Shown: piece by piece, positions 12,035 through 25,368 of the stretch | Numbering within the stretch: position 1 is the first letter of the stretch | Layout: each line of letters starts with the position of its first letter | Source: Curvularia clavata | Lineage: Eukaryota | Length of the DNA: 64,000 nucleotides | Assembly (NCBI GenBank): GCA_023920165.1 | Contig: CP089280.1 | Span: 2,170,001-2,234,000 of the forward strand | Reading direction: 5' to 3' | Notes under the pieces: generated by a model | Seen by the model: only the letters and a program-made list of their open reading frames with translations | Databases searched by the model: none | Told to the model about the DNA's origin: nothing | Position numbers and translations under genes: made by a program

Positions 12035-12961
12035 GTCGATAAGGTTACGAGAGTCGTGGCCGCGGGGTTAGTGGCAGCTATCAGCAGCTGGACATGTAAT
12101 GCTGAGACGATGGTTGCGGCCACGAGGTTGCTGAGGCGAAACGTAGTTGCAAGACAATGCAAGGAGTCGAGAGAGGGCGTGTTTCGAGAGGGGGCTAGCA
12201 TGCAACTAAAAGTTACTTTTTGCGGAGTAGTCGTTATGGCGAGCCTGGTGTGGGCCGTAACGCGGTATTGTCAGTCGTCCTTGGTAGAGCTGGGTGCAGG
12301 GGTGCAGTCGCACCTTGTATCATCGATAAACACCCGCCGTTGCCTCGGAGACGCCGACCCACTGAAGCCGTTCCGACCCGTGCGCGCCTAGTGCCCGCAA
12401 CCATCTCGACTGCCACAGCGCCCTCATCTTGCTCAACACCCGCTCCTGGTCACAACATGTCGTTTCCGTGCTCTTGACGTCATATCCAGATCCAGGCCCG
12501 TGTCGGTCGTGCCCACCAGCATCTTGGCCATCTCGGTGGCGACCAAGCCGAACCGAGCCATGTACATGTCGTGCTTAGCCAGCTCACCCGCCCTTCTTCT
12601 GCTCCTGTTCACCGGTAGCTTTGGCCTTGGCACCGTCTGCCCCCGCCACTAAACTACAATGGCTGACCGCACGCTTAACATTGCTTCTTTCTCTCACTGT
12701 GGGGTGACAACGGGCCTACAAGGCTGAACAATTATCCTCTTTGCATCCAACTCGGGGCTCTGTTCAGGAACATGCCGCCGTGAATATCCTTCTCCAGGCT
12801 GACTGCTGGGCTGTTGCAGTGTGGCTGTAAATGAGGCTCTATCCTGCCTCGGCCGTCTTATACCGTGGTGCCTCATCCTAGCATGCCTTGGGTCATTTTT
12901 GGGTCTTTGTCCCTCACACAATCTACAAGTTCAATCGCTGCACCTGGCAGCCAGCTCCAAC

Positions 12962-14605
12962 ATGGCGCCAAATAACCAAAAATCTTACTTTGTCTACACG
13001 TTTATTTGTTCCTTGACCATTGTGCTTCGCTTCGTTCTGCTGGCTCCTACCGTATTTTACTCAGGATTTGCAATCAACCACCACAGGGTGGTGAGCGATA
13101 ACATTCTGCTCCACAACGGGACCTACAGTCCAGCTATCGTAACCGGGGAACAACTTGCAGATAAATGGGGGGGCTTTATTTTGCTCTGGAATACCTTAAT
13201 ATGGATACCCACTATCATGTTACCTCCGCCATTGCAATTACCCATCGCAGTCGGCGACACCTTCCTCACTGTCCACTTGTCGCGTGCTACGGCTTACCAG
13301 AGCGAATATTCGCCCAAAGAGCTCAAAGCATGCCGCGACATGTCAAGTTTCCACAATCAACGACCTCTAGGGACTAACGAGAGCTTCTTCGCTGCAGCAG
13401 CGAGGCTGAATGCGACGGTCACAACTCCGACCAAAATGTGCCAAACCTTTGTGAGAGAATGGCAATACGGAGTCACTTTATCGTAAGTCCTGCATTAATC
13501 CAAGTTGATATTGACAGTTAACGTCAGTAGTTTCTTCTATGCTTTAACGTCCCTCCTCGGTATCGTCGCTTTTATTGGCTGCATACGTATCGTTCGACAA
13601 CGAATCCTAGAAGTTTACACAGCAGCCAAGTGGACAATCGTCGGGACCTGGTTTTGCGCCGTATATCTCATCTATTTCTTTTATATGACCCCCGTCTACC
13701 TTTTCCGTCGTTGTCTACCCATGAAGGCGAAAGCGCCGGTTCGAACAGCGCGCCGATGCGCAGTGAAAACGGTAGTCAGGGCAGAGCAGAAGACCGAGTT
13801 TGCGCTGAAGGAGCTAAAAACAGGGGTTTTCAACAACAAGAACACAATAGGAAGATACAAAGGTGCACAGGGAGAGTTCACACCATTGGCACAGTTCCTT
13901 GGCGTCTACGACATCCTCATGATGGTCATTCCGTATCTTCACTACGTCGATGCCGTCAACTTGGCCTCCGTCTCCAAGTCTGTCCGCAATTCGGTCCTTC
14001 CCTCGGACGATCTCTACCGTCGCCTTGCCCTCTTTAAAACACTAACCTGCTCGGAGGCTCACAGAGTCCCTTGTTGGGTTTGCTTGAGTCAAACATGCAC
14101 TGATTGTTACGAGCTTGCTTCGGTTACACCAACGACTGCAATACATCACTTGGAAAACTGCGTGCCCTATTGCATGACTTGCTACTACCAGCATGTAGCT
14201 CTGAAACCGCCTCCACCTATGTACAGGTTCGGGAGCAACGTGTGCAAATGTGCTCCAATCCCGGTGCCTTCCAACTTTTACAAGATTCTCATACCGATGC
14301 GCACACCTAGCAGGGCAGCACGCGTACCCAGGACGCGAGACAGACCCGTATGTAGAGCATGCAGCATATTGACGTCTGAGGAGATGGCGTTGAGGAAGAA
14401 TGAGTCTGGCAAAATCATGTTGAAGAAGGGTCAAAGGGGTGACGGGCAGAAATGGGGCACTTGTGCGAAAGAGGGCTGTGGGAAACATCTTGATGCTGGG
14501 CCAAGGTTTTGGGTTTGCACCGGTCCATCATGTCGCCGGGAGTGTACGAGCAACTTGCACCAAGCATGGGGCGTAGAAAACAAAGGAGCAGAGGAGGCTG
14601 TCTAA
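12962..14605 (+). CDS. Multi-TM protein with F-box-like segment and Cys-rich C-terminal domain; intron about 13483-13527
   Basis: N-terminal hydrophobic helices; LAQFLGVYDILMMVIPYLHYVDAVNLASVSKSVR resembles an F-box; many CxxC motifs; two ORFs joined in frame by a GTAAGT intron. Confidence 0.7.
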
Positions 14606-14675
14606 GATGAATTTCGAATACACCCATCCTATGATTCTAATTCAACATTACATCGACCCCGTACTTCAAACACAT

Positions 14676-15557
14676 CTAAGCCATTACCGCAGCAAACAAA
14701 CCAATCGCAAGTGCCATGGCTCCGCCTTCAATCTTCCTCGCTGCACCAGTGTACTCAGGCGCACCACCACTCTGCGTCGACGACGGCGAGGCTCCAGTTG
14801 AACCATTCCCGCCTCCGGTTCCATTACCACCCTGCACCAACTCAAAATTCGCGCAAGTAATCCTCGTCGTATTTCCGGTATGCAGCACAAACGCCAAACC
14901 ACCAAAGAACCCAGGACTGCCCTGTTCAACGCTCAAATACGGATCAACAAACTGCGTCGAAAAGTTCCCTTGAGTGGTAATCTTGCCGCCATGCTTGCCC
15001 GCCAAATCACCCACTTGGCACGTCTGCGGCTGCGTAGCATCGCACATGTACAGTTCACCGCGGTTGGTAGGGTCCAAGTGGCCCATTGTAGCAGTGCAGT
15101 TTCCGTCGCTGGGAACGGGTAGTGCGTGGATGTGCCATGCAAAGGGGCCAAACTGGGATTGGTCGGGCAGATTGGTCAAGTTGACGGTGAATTGGACGCC
15201 CTGGGCGGAGCCAGCGGCTTCGATGCTGCCGGAGACGGTGCTGTTGACGTAGGGGTTGTATTGTTCGCTAGGCATTACCGCGCGGTAGGTGGCAGTGGGC
15301 TGGTTGGAAGATGCGACTGCTGTGCCTTGCAGACCGCCGGTCTCTCCAGGGAGATAGCCTGGTGCTGGAGGCAGAGGCGATACAATAGCGCCTTGGATTG
15401 TATCAACACCGGAGAATTGTGTGGCGGTTGGAACTGCTGGAATGACACCGGATTTTGCGCTTGCGAGTACGACGGGAGCCGGAGCCCCTTCTTGGACTTG
15501 GTTTTGGGCATTGGTCAGGGCACCCAAGGCCAGCAAAGGGAAAAATTGCAACTGCAT
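14676..15557 (-). CDS. Secreted, GPI-anchored Cu-only (SOD4/5-like) superoxide dismutase
   Basis: Signal peptide; WHIH, CTATMGHLDP, CQVGDLAGKHG, LHTGNTTRITCANF; S/G/T-rich linker and hydrophobic C-terminus. Confidence 0.9.
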   Translation of the reverse strand: MQLQFFPLLALGALTNAQNQVQEGAPAPVVLASAKSGVIPAVPTATQFSGVDTIQGAIVSPLPPAPGYLPGETGGLQGTAVASSNQPTATYRAVMPSEQYNPYVNSTVSGSIEAAGSAQGVQFTVNLTNLPDQSQFGPFAWHIHALPVPSDGNCTATMGHLDPTNRGELYMCDATQPQTCQVGDLAGKHGGKITTQGNFSTQFVDPYLSVEQGSPGFFGGLAFVLHTGNTTRITCANFELVQGGNGTGGGNGSTGASPSSTQSGGAPEYTGAARKIEGGAMALAIGLFAAVMA

Positions 15558-16622
15558 CTTGATGGTGATGGTTGTTGGTTGGGACACAATTAGGTTGATA
15601 GGAGCAGCACGAACTGGAGTCGTTTCTCTACCAGTTTTATACCCAAAATATAGATGACTTGTCCTCCACTGACGACAACATCTCCCCTTCACTCGCCCAT
15701 CTTAAGATGGTCTCATAAGTGACATCAACACATACACACATTCCTTGTTTTCATCCTCCAAACGCGTGCTTAGCCCATGACTTCGGCTTAAACCTCCGTT
15801 ACCTAACGTCGCAACGCTCAATACCAGCCGTGCCGATCGACAGAACGATGCGGATAAACGGTGCCGTTCGTTCCTTTCCCTACTCTATCGATTCTCCATC
15901 TCCGTCTTCATCTTTCACCTACATCCGTCATTGCCTGCTTCTCATGTCTGCTCACCGCGACATACACCTTACGCCACTTAACCCTCCATCACCAACTCCT
16001 CGAGCGTCAACCAGCGCAGTAAGTCCATCTGGGGTACATAACACCAGATATTCTCCTGACATAAGCGCCTTGCGCGTTGCAAAGATGGATGTCGGAGAGG
16101 TGATGTCAGGACTTGATGTTTGCGGGGGGCTAAGCGAGTTGTAGACTACCAGTGGCTACGTAGGTGTATGGCGCGCGCTAGATGACGGGTAAGGAGCCAG
16201 CTCCGCGGGGTGTCGAGGGAGATGACATGGGGATCTTAAGGGGATGGGAGTAGGAATCTGGGGAGGGGAATCAATGGTGGTTGGCTGAGTGGTGGGTGGT
16301 TGGATAGATCGGATGTGAGTGATGGATTTGACTGGTAGTTCAAGGGATTGAGAGCGTTTCATTGGCTGATGTGACGATTGGTGTGTTTAGTAGTCTGTGT
16401 GGATAGTTAAATGAGAGACATGGAATGAGGACTAAGTCAGGATAGGAGGAAAGAAATGGTAAGCAGGATCATTGGCAATCGATAGGGGAAGGAAGAAGTA
16501 AAAAAGAGAGATGATTTATGAGTTACAAAGGCAGAGAGCTTCAGAAATCTTCCTTACACTGTTCGCTATCCACAACAATCAACGCCTACATAGAAATTCC
16601 CAAATTTTTCCTTTACTCTCCA

Positions 16623-18465
16623 TCACCCTTGAAACCCCTTCTCCAACCCCCTCAGCCAAACTCCCGCCGCATACGCCCCTGGATCCGGAATCTTCGACCT
16701 ATCGCTCCCATCCTCCGCAATATACGTCGCACGCCCAAACTTGGCCTTCATATCCTTCGTTCCATCTGCCTTCTTCTCCGCGACCTCTACACTCTTTGCA
16801 AGATCTTTTGTCTCGGCCAAGGTATTAATAAAAGGAATCAGGACATCCATGACCGTTCTATCGCCTTCCCTCGCACTAGTATAGTTTTTGAGATTCTCTA
16901 GCGCTGCAGAGGCGGAAGACGCGAGCGTAGAAATGTCCAAGGGGGCGTTGTTGGAGAGTGTGGCGGTGGCGAGGGCGTTGGTAAAGGCAGTTACGAGGAT
17001 GGAAAGGATGGCGCCCAGGGAGCCGCCGACGTCCTCGACGTTTTCGCTGATGCTTTCGAGGAGGGCGAGGATCGGGGGTGGGTTTGACTCGACTGCGTCG
17101 ATGTTGGCAAGGATGCTCTTGCACACGCCGGCTACAGCTTCACCGCAGTCGCCGTCGCCCATTTGCAGGTCGTATTGTGTGATCTTCGGCTCGGCTTCCA
17201 AGGCCGCTTTGCATGCTGTCCGTAGCGCAGGGATGAGGGATGCCGGGGTAGCAGGGCCTTTGTGAAGCGCTGACTTTTCATTCAGGGCGGCGTTGGCTTT
17301 GTTACGGAGGTCTTCTGTCTCTTTGTTGATGTTGACAGGTTTGAAGCCGTTCTTCGGCCATGCTGGGGCATTTGTTGGGGCATCCAGCAATGCAATAACT
17401 TCCTCGACTTTGACGCCCATGGAATTGGCCATGCCGGTCATGTTGCCCAATGTTATGCTGAAACCTTGGGCGTTGAGCGATGTCTCCAGAACACCAGCGT
17501 AGATGCGCGTTGGCTCAATGTTCCAGTCACGTTTTAATGCGATGAGAGCCAGATTCACCATGGCGTCGAATTCCAGATTCGATAGGCCGCCAAAGTTGTT
17601 GACGAGCATTACAACGTTGTCATTGGGGTTAAACTTGACGAATGCCCGGTCGGTGTCTGAGGGGTCAAGGAGGTACTTGAGCATCTCCTTGATAACGTCT
17701 TCTGGACCAGGCATGGGTTGTATTGTCCGCAGACCCTGAAATCTGATTAGCATGACTTTTCCTTCATTCTCGAGTGTAAGATTAGTGGGTTTTACTTACT
17801 GGCTCATTGTGAATGCCCATGCCCACAACACAGGTATCGTCCTGCACACTCTCAAACGCCTCTCGTCCGGGAACATGGCAATGATCGAGACTTGTACCAA
17901 TAGTCACCAACTGCTCATTTCCCAACTCGCCCATCTTCCGGCACCTCTCAAATGGCCAGCCTTGTAGTGACGCACCGCCGATGAGCTTGATGACGAGCAG
18001 GTTACCCGCCAATCCTCTTCGTCCTACTTTCCCGCTCTGCTGACGGCCCAAAGCCGCATCTTCTGCCATACAAACAACATCAACTTTGTACCCTAGTGCC
18101 TGGCCCTTTTCTCTCGCCAGACCAAAATGCAGCATGTCGCCTGTATAGTTTGTGATGCAAAGTATGATACCCTCTGTACTGGGCACATTTCTCATACCCG
18201 CCATGATCTGCTTCGTGCTCGGTGATGCAAATATGTCTCCACATACAGCTGCTGACAACATGCCATCACCCACGAAACCCGACCACGCTGGTTCGTGGCC
18301 CGAACCGCCTCCAGACACGATTGTGACTTCATTCGGTCTGTGGGAAAGGTTATAGACTACGCGATTGGCCTCATCGAGGGCCATGTGCTTGTTTCGTGCG
18401 CAGAGTGAGCGCAGCGTGTGTAGGACCACGCCCTCTGGGTTGGGGAAAAAGTGTTTCCGCGACAT
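16623..18465 (-). CDS. dak1: Dihydroxyacetone kinase (DAK1 + DAK2 domains), one intron about 17738-17798
   Basis: SGGGSGHEP, GDIFASPS, NYTGD, GRRGLAG, GMGIHNEP, GDGDCG, GDRTVMD, DPGA. Confidence 0.95.
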
Positions 18466-19526
18466 GACGGATTGAGGTGGATTTGAGAGTGGGAGTAGGT
18501 TTACAGTGCTTCTTCTGAAATATCTGTGATACACAGTCAGTACTCCAAATACTAGATCATCCACTAATCGCACCGACTACTAGGGAAGGATGAGAGAATA
18601 TGGCCGCTCGTACGTACTACACCAACCTTATACTTACATATACACCAGACGTCAATACAATTGCACACACCAAAAAACCAGGCGAAAAGTGCAGGTCCCA
18701 GACTAAAAAGACCTGAGCAAGAAAAGTTTCGAACGTAATTTATCCAGAATAACCCCCCCAAAGCCCGCGGCACACCCTCTCTCTTATAACCCTTTCTTCC
18801 CCGCTTCCCACCACTACCCACCCCCACGGAGCTCCCGAACCCCGCTCACTTCGCCGCGTTTCCAGCCCCAAATTCCTAGGACCCATGAAGTGACCTCTAG
18901 CAAGCCGTGTACGAAAGAGCCCACACTATCGGAACTCTCTGCCCCCCACAATTCCGGCCCACTCAATGTCAGCATGAAATGCTCAGGTTTGGTTTAAGCT
19001 GGAGGAGGTTGGGGGGTGTTTGCGCCGGGATTACCGCTTTGGGACATGCCGGGACAACGCTATACATATGGACAAGTATGACATCGGTCTGGGCTCCGAG
19101 ATGTGCACCGAGAGGAATGATGGCTTGCGGTCTCGTGTCTTTTTAAGACGCCTGGGCTATCCGGTACTATTCTTGGGATTCCGGAATTTCAGAGGGAGAT
19201 TAGGCACAGGTAGAATGACGTGGTTCGAGCTACTGTTGAGAGAAATTTTGCCTGATCAGGTCGTTCCGGCTATTCAGTAGGTCGTGGTTCAGGTGTTCTG
19301 AGGCATCGTGCTGCCATACACGCCCATGCACATCACGCTGCAAAGTGCACACGGTATTTTACATGACAACGTTGCTGATATGTAGGTTGTTTGGGCAACG
19401 CCCAGTCTTTCTAATGTTTGAAGATCCATGTCACGACCGGTTTACTCTACCGCCTGCTAGCTCCACGGCATAGTGAAATCCTATGACTTCAAACGGACGG
19501 AAACAACCAACATCGACTAGGACTAC

Positions 19527-20430
19527 CTAGTCAAACATGATCTTCTTGCCCTTCAACAATGTACCACCAAGCAGCTTGCCAACTGCATATCCAATATACG
19601 CACCCGTAACAATAGTGACTGGCCACTTCTGCCACTCGCGGTCCCTATATATGGTTAGCACTAACATTCATCTCGTGCAACTTTAGACCTGTGGGCTAGT
19701 CTGCAATAACTCACCAGTCCAACGGAATCGGCACAGCGCCCAGCCAAGCACCGAGAACCGTGCCAATCAAGCCTCCATAGACCTCATCCATTGGCAGGAG
19801 CAGAGCAACAATCTGCCTCCATGTGTCGCCATCGACGCCATGTACGTAAATCAAAGGCAGGGTGCTCAGGAGCGCTACGTGAGCACCGCATAGCAGAGTA
19901 TGCGCATGGTGCGTGGACACGGGTGCGCCAAAGAGGACGAGAATCGCCGTGAGGAGCGGCGTCGCAGCGAGTGCGGTAAGGAGGAGGGACAGGAAAGCCG
20001 GCTTCACAACATGTTAGCTTCGACTCGTCTGAAAGCACTCTTCTAGCAAGCCGTGGGCGAAGCTGCCCGACTGGTATAAGACACGTACAACAATCGTCGA
20101 GTTAACCCCTTGTTCCAGCTTGTTCGGCGCCTTTGCCTTCTTCTCACCAGGTTTCTGTTTCCGCATAGAAGGGGTTCCGCCCGTCGGTGGAAGGCATACG
20201 GCCACAAAGGCTATCTGTAGCACGGCGAGCGGCGCAAGGGTACTAAGCAGCGTCGAAACGGGGTCGGCGACGAGAGCGGGGAATTTGAACGCGTAGACAG
20301 AGAGAACGAGTATGGGATGAATGTGCGTATATAGACGCGCTGTGTCGTTCTTCAAGGGCTCAATTGGCGCGGCCGTGGTTGGCTGCGGCTTTGCTGTCGC
20401 GTTGGCGTTGACAACCGTTGTGCTGGCCAT
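19527..20430 (-). CDS. GPI11: GPI biosynthesis protein PIG-F/Gpi11, two introns
   Basis: [35 protein letters not shown] (spliced). Confidence 0.92.
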
Positions 20431-20861
20431 GATTGGAATTAAACGGGTAGTATCGAATGGGCACAGTGTGGATCAGAAGTAGATGAAGAGGCGTCAATTG
20501 AAGGTAAGTCGTCCTATAGTGGGCCTCCAAATGAGTGTGAATGGCGCCTGGCCGGCTAGGTTGGTGTTTGTCGGGGTTGTTGTAGGAGATCGCGGACCGG
20601 AAAGTTTCGAGATGACGCTCGTACGTAGTGCCGCGCGCTGATTGGACGGACAATGACCTCTTGTTCGAGCACCCCCATGGCTCGTACGAGATGAGAATGG
20701 ACGTATGCATTAGATATTCACTTCTTCGGGATGTTGATTTAGACACATGACTATTTCATGGATTCATATCTTATTAGTGGCGGCCCTGTTGAAACTTTTG
20801 TGTGCACCATCAGAGAAATCCGTTCCTTGCACCACGGCTTTCAGAGCATCTCAGTACTCTT

Positions 20862-21889
20862 CTACTGTTCTCCCTTCTTCGGGACCAAGTTCCTCAGTGA
20901 CAGGTCGTAAACCACATCCTCAACATCCTTGACGCGATACTTTAGACCATCGCTACGTCGGCGCAGGCTGTCATTCTTGAGGTTGAGGATCTGGAATCCA
21001 GCATGTAGATCCTTGACAAACTGGTTGATGAGCAGCGGACGCTCGTAGTCGCCCAGAGTGACAGCATTGCGTGCAAGGCGTGTCTAGCATAATCAGTATA
21101 CTTTTGCTGGCTCTGCCGGACATGCCAGGTAACATACCAGCTCTTCGACAAGCGTCATGAGAGAATGCAAGTACTCTTCAAGCGAGAGATGGAATTCATC
21201 ACGCTCCTTGAGGTTGATTGGGACTGTTTGATATCAGCGGCCTGTACTTGATATTAGTTTCTGAGCATACTCTTGAAGATTTCGCCGAGCTCCTCAATGG
21301 TCAACAATCGTCCGCATTGCACCGCACCACCCTCGTATTTGTAGCCACCGAGCCAGCCCCAGAACAAGATGCTCTCGCACTGTGATTTTGTTAGAGGTAG
21401 GAGCTGAGCATTGCATGAGTAATGAACCTACGGCGCCTTGCATCTGTCGGCTCCACATGTTGTTGAACTTGTAGTATGGCATCTTCGATGCAGCTTGGGA
21501 GAGCTTGGAGACGGTGTCAATGACATTGTCAATGGGCTCTTGAGCAGCCTTCAAGACCTCCGAAACTATCTCTTGATTAGCTATGGTGTGTAGAGGCCTG
21601 GGTGCTGCGGCTCACGGTCGCTGACGGGTGTAGAATGAGCCCTGGACAGCACGAAAGAGACATTGCGGTCTGAGGAAGATTTAGCGGTTTCCTTGAACTG
21701 TGTTAAATACACTCACTGTGCTTCTCGAGCGCTTGGATGATGTCGCGCAGCTCCTGTCGCGTTGTGAGTACGCCGTCACGTGCAGCTCCGGCGACTGCTA
21801 CTCACATCCCTCACAGCAGAATCCTCATCGATCCGCGCTTGGAGGTCCTGAAAGACGGCCGGATTGACCATGCCCGATTGTGCTGCCAT
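20862..21889 (-). CDS. tsn1: Translin, multi-intron
   Basis: Spliced translation gives PYYKFNNMWSR, DEFHLSLEEYL, LARNAVTLGDY, KDLHAGFQILNLKNDSLRRRSDGLKY, VVYDLSLRNL. Confidence 0.92.
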
Positions 21890-23170
21890 TTTGAAGATAT
21901 TTTTGGTATGCAAAGGGTTACAGTGACGATTGAAATTGGGGTAGGTACTAACAAGTCAATGTTGGTCTGGAAAGCAAACAGCCACGAAAATTTGGCGGCG
22001 CAGCCCTCGCTGTGCAATTTCGACTCCTTGCAGATACAACCAACTCCAACGCAATCTTACATACGCTCAACAAATTTTAGGCTACATGAAACCCAGAAAA
22101 GAAAAAAATCCAAATGCTAAAAATGAAACACATGTTGCTATCTCTAAGTCTCGCTTCTGGTCGATATTGTCATCCTGATTTTGCCTCTCTAATTACAGAT
22201 CTGAACATCCTAAAGAGTAACATAGCTATACATACCTCTACCAATACCACAACAGCAATCACCAGGAGGGAGGGAGTCATCACGTTACTCGAGTAGACAT
22301 GTCATGCGGGCAGTGATTTCCCATTCTTGTGGCTGACCGATAGGTAGGTAGTCGATGGGCACAGGTTCCAATGCCAGCACAACGTCCAGCCTATTGTTAA
22401 CAGGCACACTACCTAGGCACGCCTAACAAACATACTGCTTTATCTAACATTGAAGGAGGAGGGTAATTTTAGTACATGCTTGACACTCCCCCGTAATATC
22501 CTTTCCGACTGCTATATGTAGATGAATCTCTGGACTAGTTGTTTCTCGGTTACCACTATTGGGAAAGGAGTGCAGCTATATGAATGCGCGTCCAGTGTAC
22601 AGCACGTTCTATTAGCTTGGCTCCGGACATGAACTAATTGAGGTATTGTTAAACGCCACATGGCAGTTTTCGGCGCCTGATCCTTCCGCTCGGGCCGATC
22701 CACGACTCCAAAAATACATAGCATATTCACTGCGTTAGTATCCTTTAAGATAGACTCTTGACCAGAGCTCCAATCAGATGCTTACTGTTCATACCGCTAC
22801 CGTATATTGCTATCTTGCTTATCTCGTGTCTGTGTATGGTTATACGTAACGCTACACGGCCCCCAAAGATCTGCAATACAAAATGGAACAACTCCGTGAA
22901 ATAGATGAAGACGGGAATTACTAAGGTTTACTAAGGGATATTGTTACACCTTCGCCTGGAGTAGCATGTTTCCACGCGTAGTCGGGCCATGCATGCTTCC
23001 CGCCTTAGGATCCACATTTTCACGACCCCAACAACGTCTAGATCGCTGTATACCACTTCGGAGAACTATATTAATCAGTTTTCTCTGCTCAAATACGCAA
23101 AAGACACGACATTCGAGCCACAAGAGTCAGTTCTCCAAATCTCAGACTCGCCCACCATCTCTTGTTCAAA

Positions 23171-23530
23171 ATGCATTTCTCTACCACCCTCTCCGTCCTT
23201 GCAATCATTGCCAGCATGGCATCGGCTGTCAAAGTCCAATACTATAGCGATGGTGGCTGCTCTAACTACCTCGTCGAGTTCCACCCGTCCCCCGCTGGGG
23301 AATGCTACAACTACGAGTACAGCAACCAGCACAGCGCCAACATAGCTAGTTGCGAAGGAAGTCGCGCAAAGTGTTCTTGTACCTTCTACGAACAGAGAAA
23401 CTGCAAGGGAAAGTCATGGAAAGCAACTTATGGGGGAAATAACTGCGCATCCAACTGGGACGGAGGAGGCCACAAGTCTGTGGCTTGTCTGGTCTTGGTA
23501 ACTCCTCCAATTGGAGGAGGGAGATCATGA
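23171..23530 (+). CDS. Small secreted 8-Cys protein (119 aa), beta/gamma-crystallin/MiAMP1-like effector candidate
   Basis: Signal peptide MHFSTTLSVLAIIASMASA; repeated aromatic-Y-x4-C motifs (YYSDGGC, FYEQRNC). Confidence 0.85.
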   Translation: MHFSTTLSVLAIIASMASAVKVQYYSDGGCSNYLVEFHPSPAGECYNYEYSNQHSANIASCEGSRAKCSCTFYEQRNCKGKSWKATYGGNNCASNWDGGGHKSVACLVLVTPPIGGGRS

Positions 23531-23825
23531 GTTTATGAAGGACAATCGGTTGGACGGCGTAGGGTGTAATTCAAACAAATTTGCGGATGCAAGGAATTGA
23601 ACGTTTCAGTTGCACAAGAACCTCAACTCGTTCTCAAGTGTCATGCGTATTTTGAGTTTAAAATTATATACTGCTCTGATATGGTGTTCTGAATGAAAGT
23701 ACTTGCCCGAGTATTCGGAACCGATCGGAACATTCGGAACGCGCATCTCTGCAAGCTCACCAAAGCCTATGTTGCTCTATGATACGTCACCCCTCCGCAT
23801 CCCAAACGCGCGCGCCAATACTATC

Positions 23826-24620
23826 ATGAATATCTCCGGCACTTTGAACATCTTTCGTCTCCTCCGAGATCCCACTCTGTGTCTGCCCCAACACACAGTG
23901 TCAACATTCAACCAACTACCCATTCCACTCTCTAAAGCCTTTCCACGGAAAAATGGCGAGAAAGAAGTCGACATCCGCGCCGTAGTGCTAGATAAAGACA
24001 ACTGCTTTGCCATTCCACACACTAACGAGATACACGAACCGTACCAAGTAAGCAAAATCCTCTACCCAAAAATGGTGCCGTTGGTGTACTCTATATAAAA
24101 AAAGACTTTCACTCACATGATTCCCTTCTTCTCTCCCCCAAAAAGGAGCACTTCGCACGTCTCCGATCCGCCTATCCAGGCCCCAAACTCCTCATTGTAT
24201 CTAATACAGCTGGAACATCGTCGGATCCTAAGGGTGCCGAAGCAGCGATCCTAGAAGCCAACACTGGTGTTGCTGTGTTACGGCACTCGACTAAGAAACC
24301 GGGCTGCAAGGAAGATGTCATGGCGTATTTTGCACAGCATCCTGAGACGGGGGTCACGAGGCCTGAGCAGATTGCCGTCGTGGGCGATCGACTGAGTACG
24401 GATGTTATGATGGCGAATTTGATGGGTGGGTATGGTATTTGGGTTAGGGATGGAGTGCAGGGACGGGGGTTTGTAAGTCCTTGCTTTTCTACTGTCTCAT
24501 CGGTTGTAGAAGATGTACTGAATATGGTAATAGTTTGCTAGGGTGGAAGATAAGTTGCAGAGCTTCTTGTTCAGGAGGGGGTATAGTGCCCCTGATCCGA
24601 GTAAGAATCAGTTCGAGTAA
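23826..24620 (+). CDS. GEP4: Mitochondrial phosphatidylglycerophosphatase (HAD IIIA), two introns
   Basis: VVLDKDNCF, IVSNTAG, KKPGC, VVGDRLSTDVMMAN. Confidence 0.92.
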
Positions 24621-25368
24621 GTCACTATGCAGTACGGCGTAGGAAACCTTAGTCCATATTCTTGTATATGAATACCAAATGATATAATTGCAAGCAAGCA
24701 TATCCCTCAATAGCATAACCAAACACTATCACAGAAGAAATTACAGCGAGTATATCAATTCTTGTAATCAACGCATTATATCGCAAGTAAAAGTTTGTTC
24801 AAGACGTCTTGCAACTAATCGGCACTACAGAAGCAGCGCCCACTGCAACTGAAGCGTTATGGCGACATCGTGGCCTTAAGGGCGATGTAACTTGAGTATA
24901 CATAGATGGAGAGGTACTGATCGTCCTGGCGACGCTGCATGAATTGTTTTTTCGTTGCTGCGGAAGGGCTGGCGATGACTAGTTGGGGTGGTTGTAAGTC
25001 CTAAACGCTTGGACACCATCAAACGATAACAATCTAAAACTCCAAACATCCAACACTGAAGCTGCCATAGGGTTGCCTTCGCCTGTCGCAGAATCAGCCG
25101 CCCTTATTCTAGTCGCGACGTTAACGACAAAGCCGGTAATTTATTTTAGAAGCAGCAACTAGAAGATAGGAAAAACTAGAAGCATCAAGGGCAAACACTG
25201 GCACACGAACATCTATTGCAAAACTTTACTTTGCATTGAAGTCAAAGCACCCATAAAATTTCTTGCTACGTAGCGTGAGATGTTACTATGTAAGCAATTT
25301 TGCATCAAAATCACTTTTAGGTTCCACCAACCGACCAAAGAATGGGGTTCAATATCAGGATTAAACTC

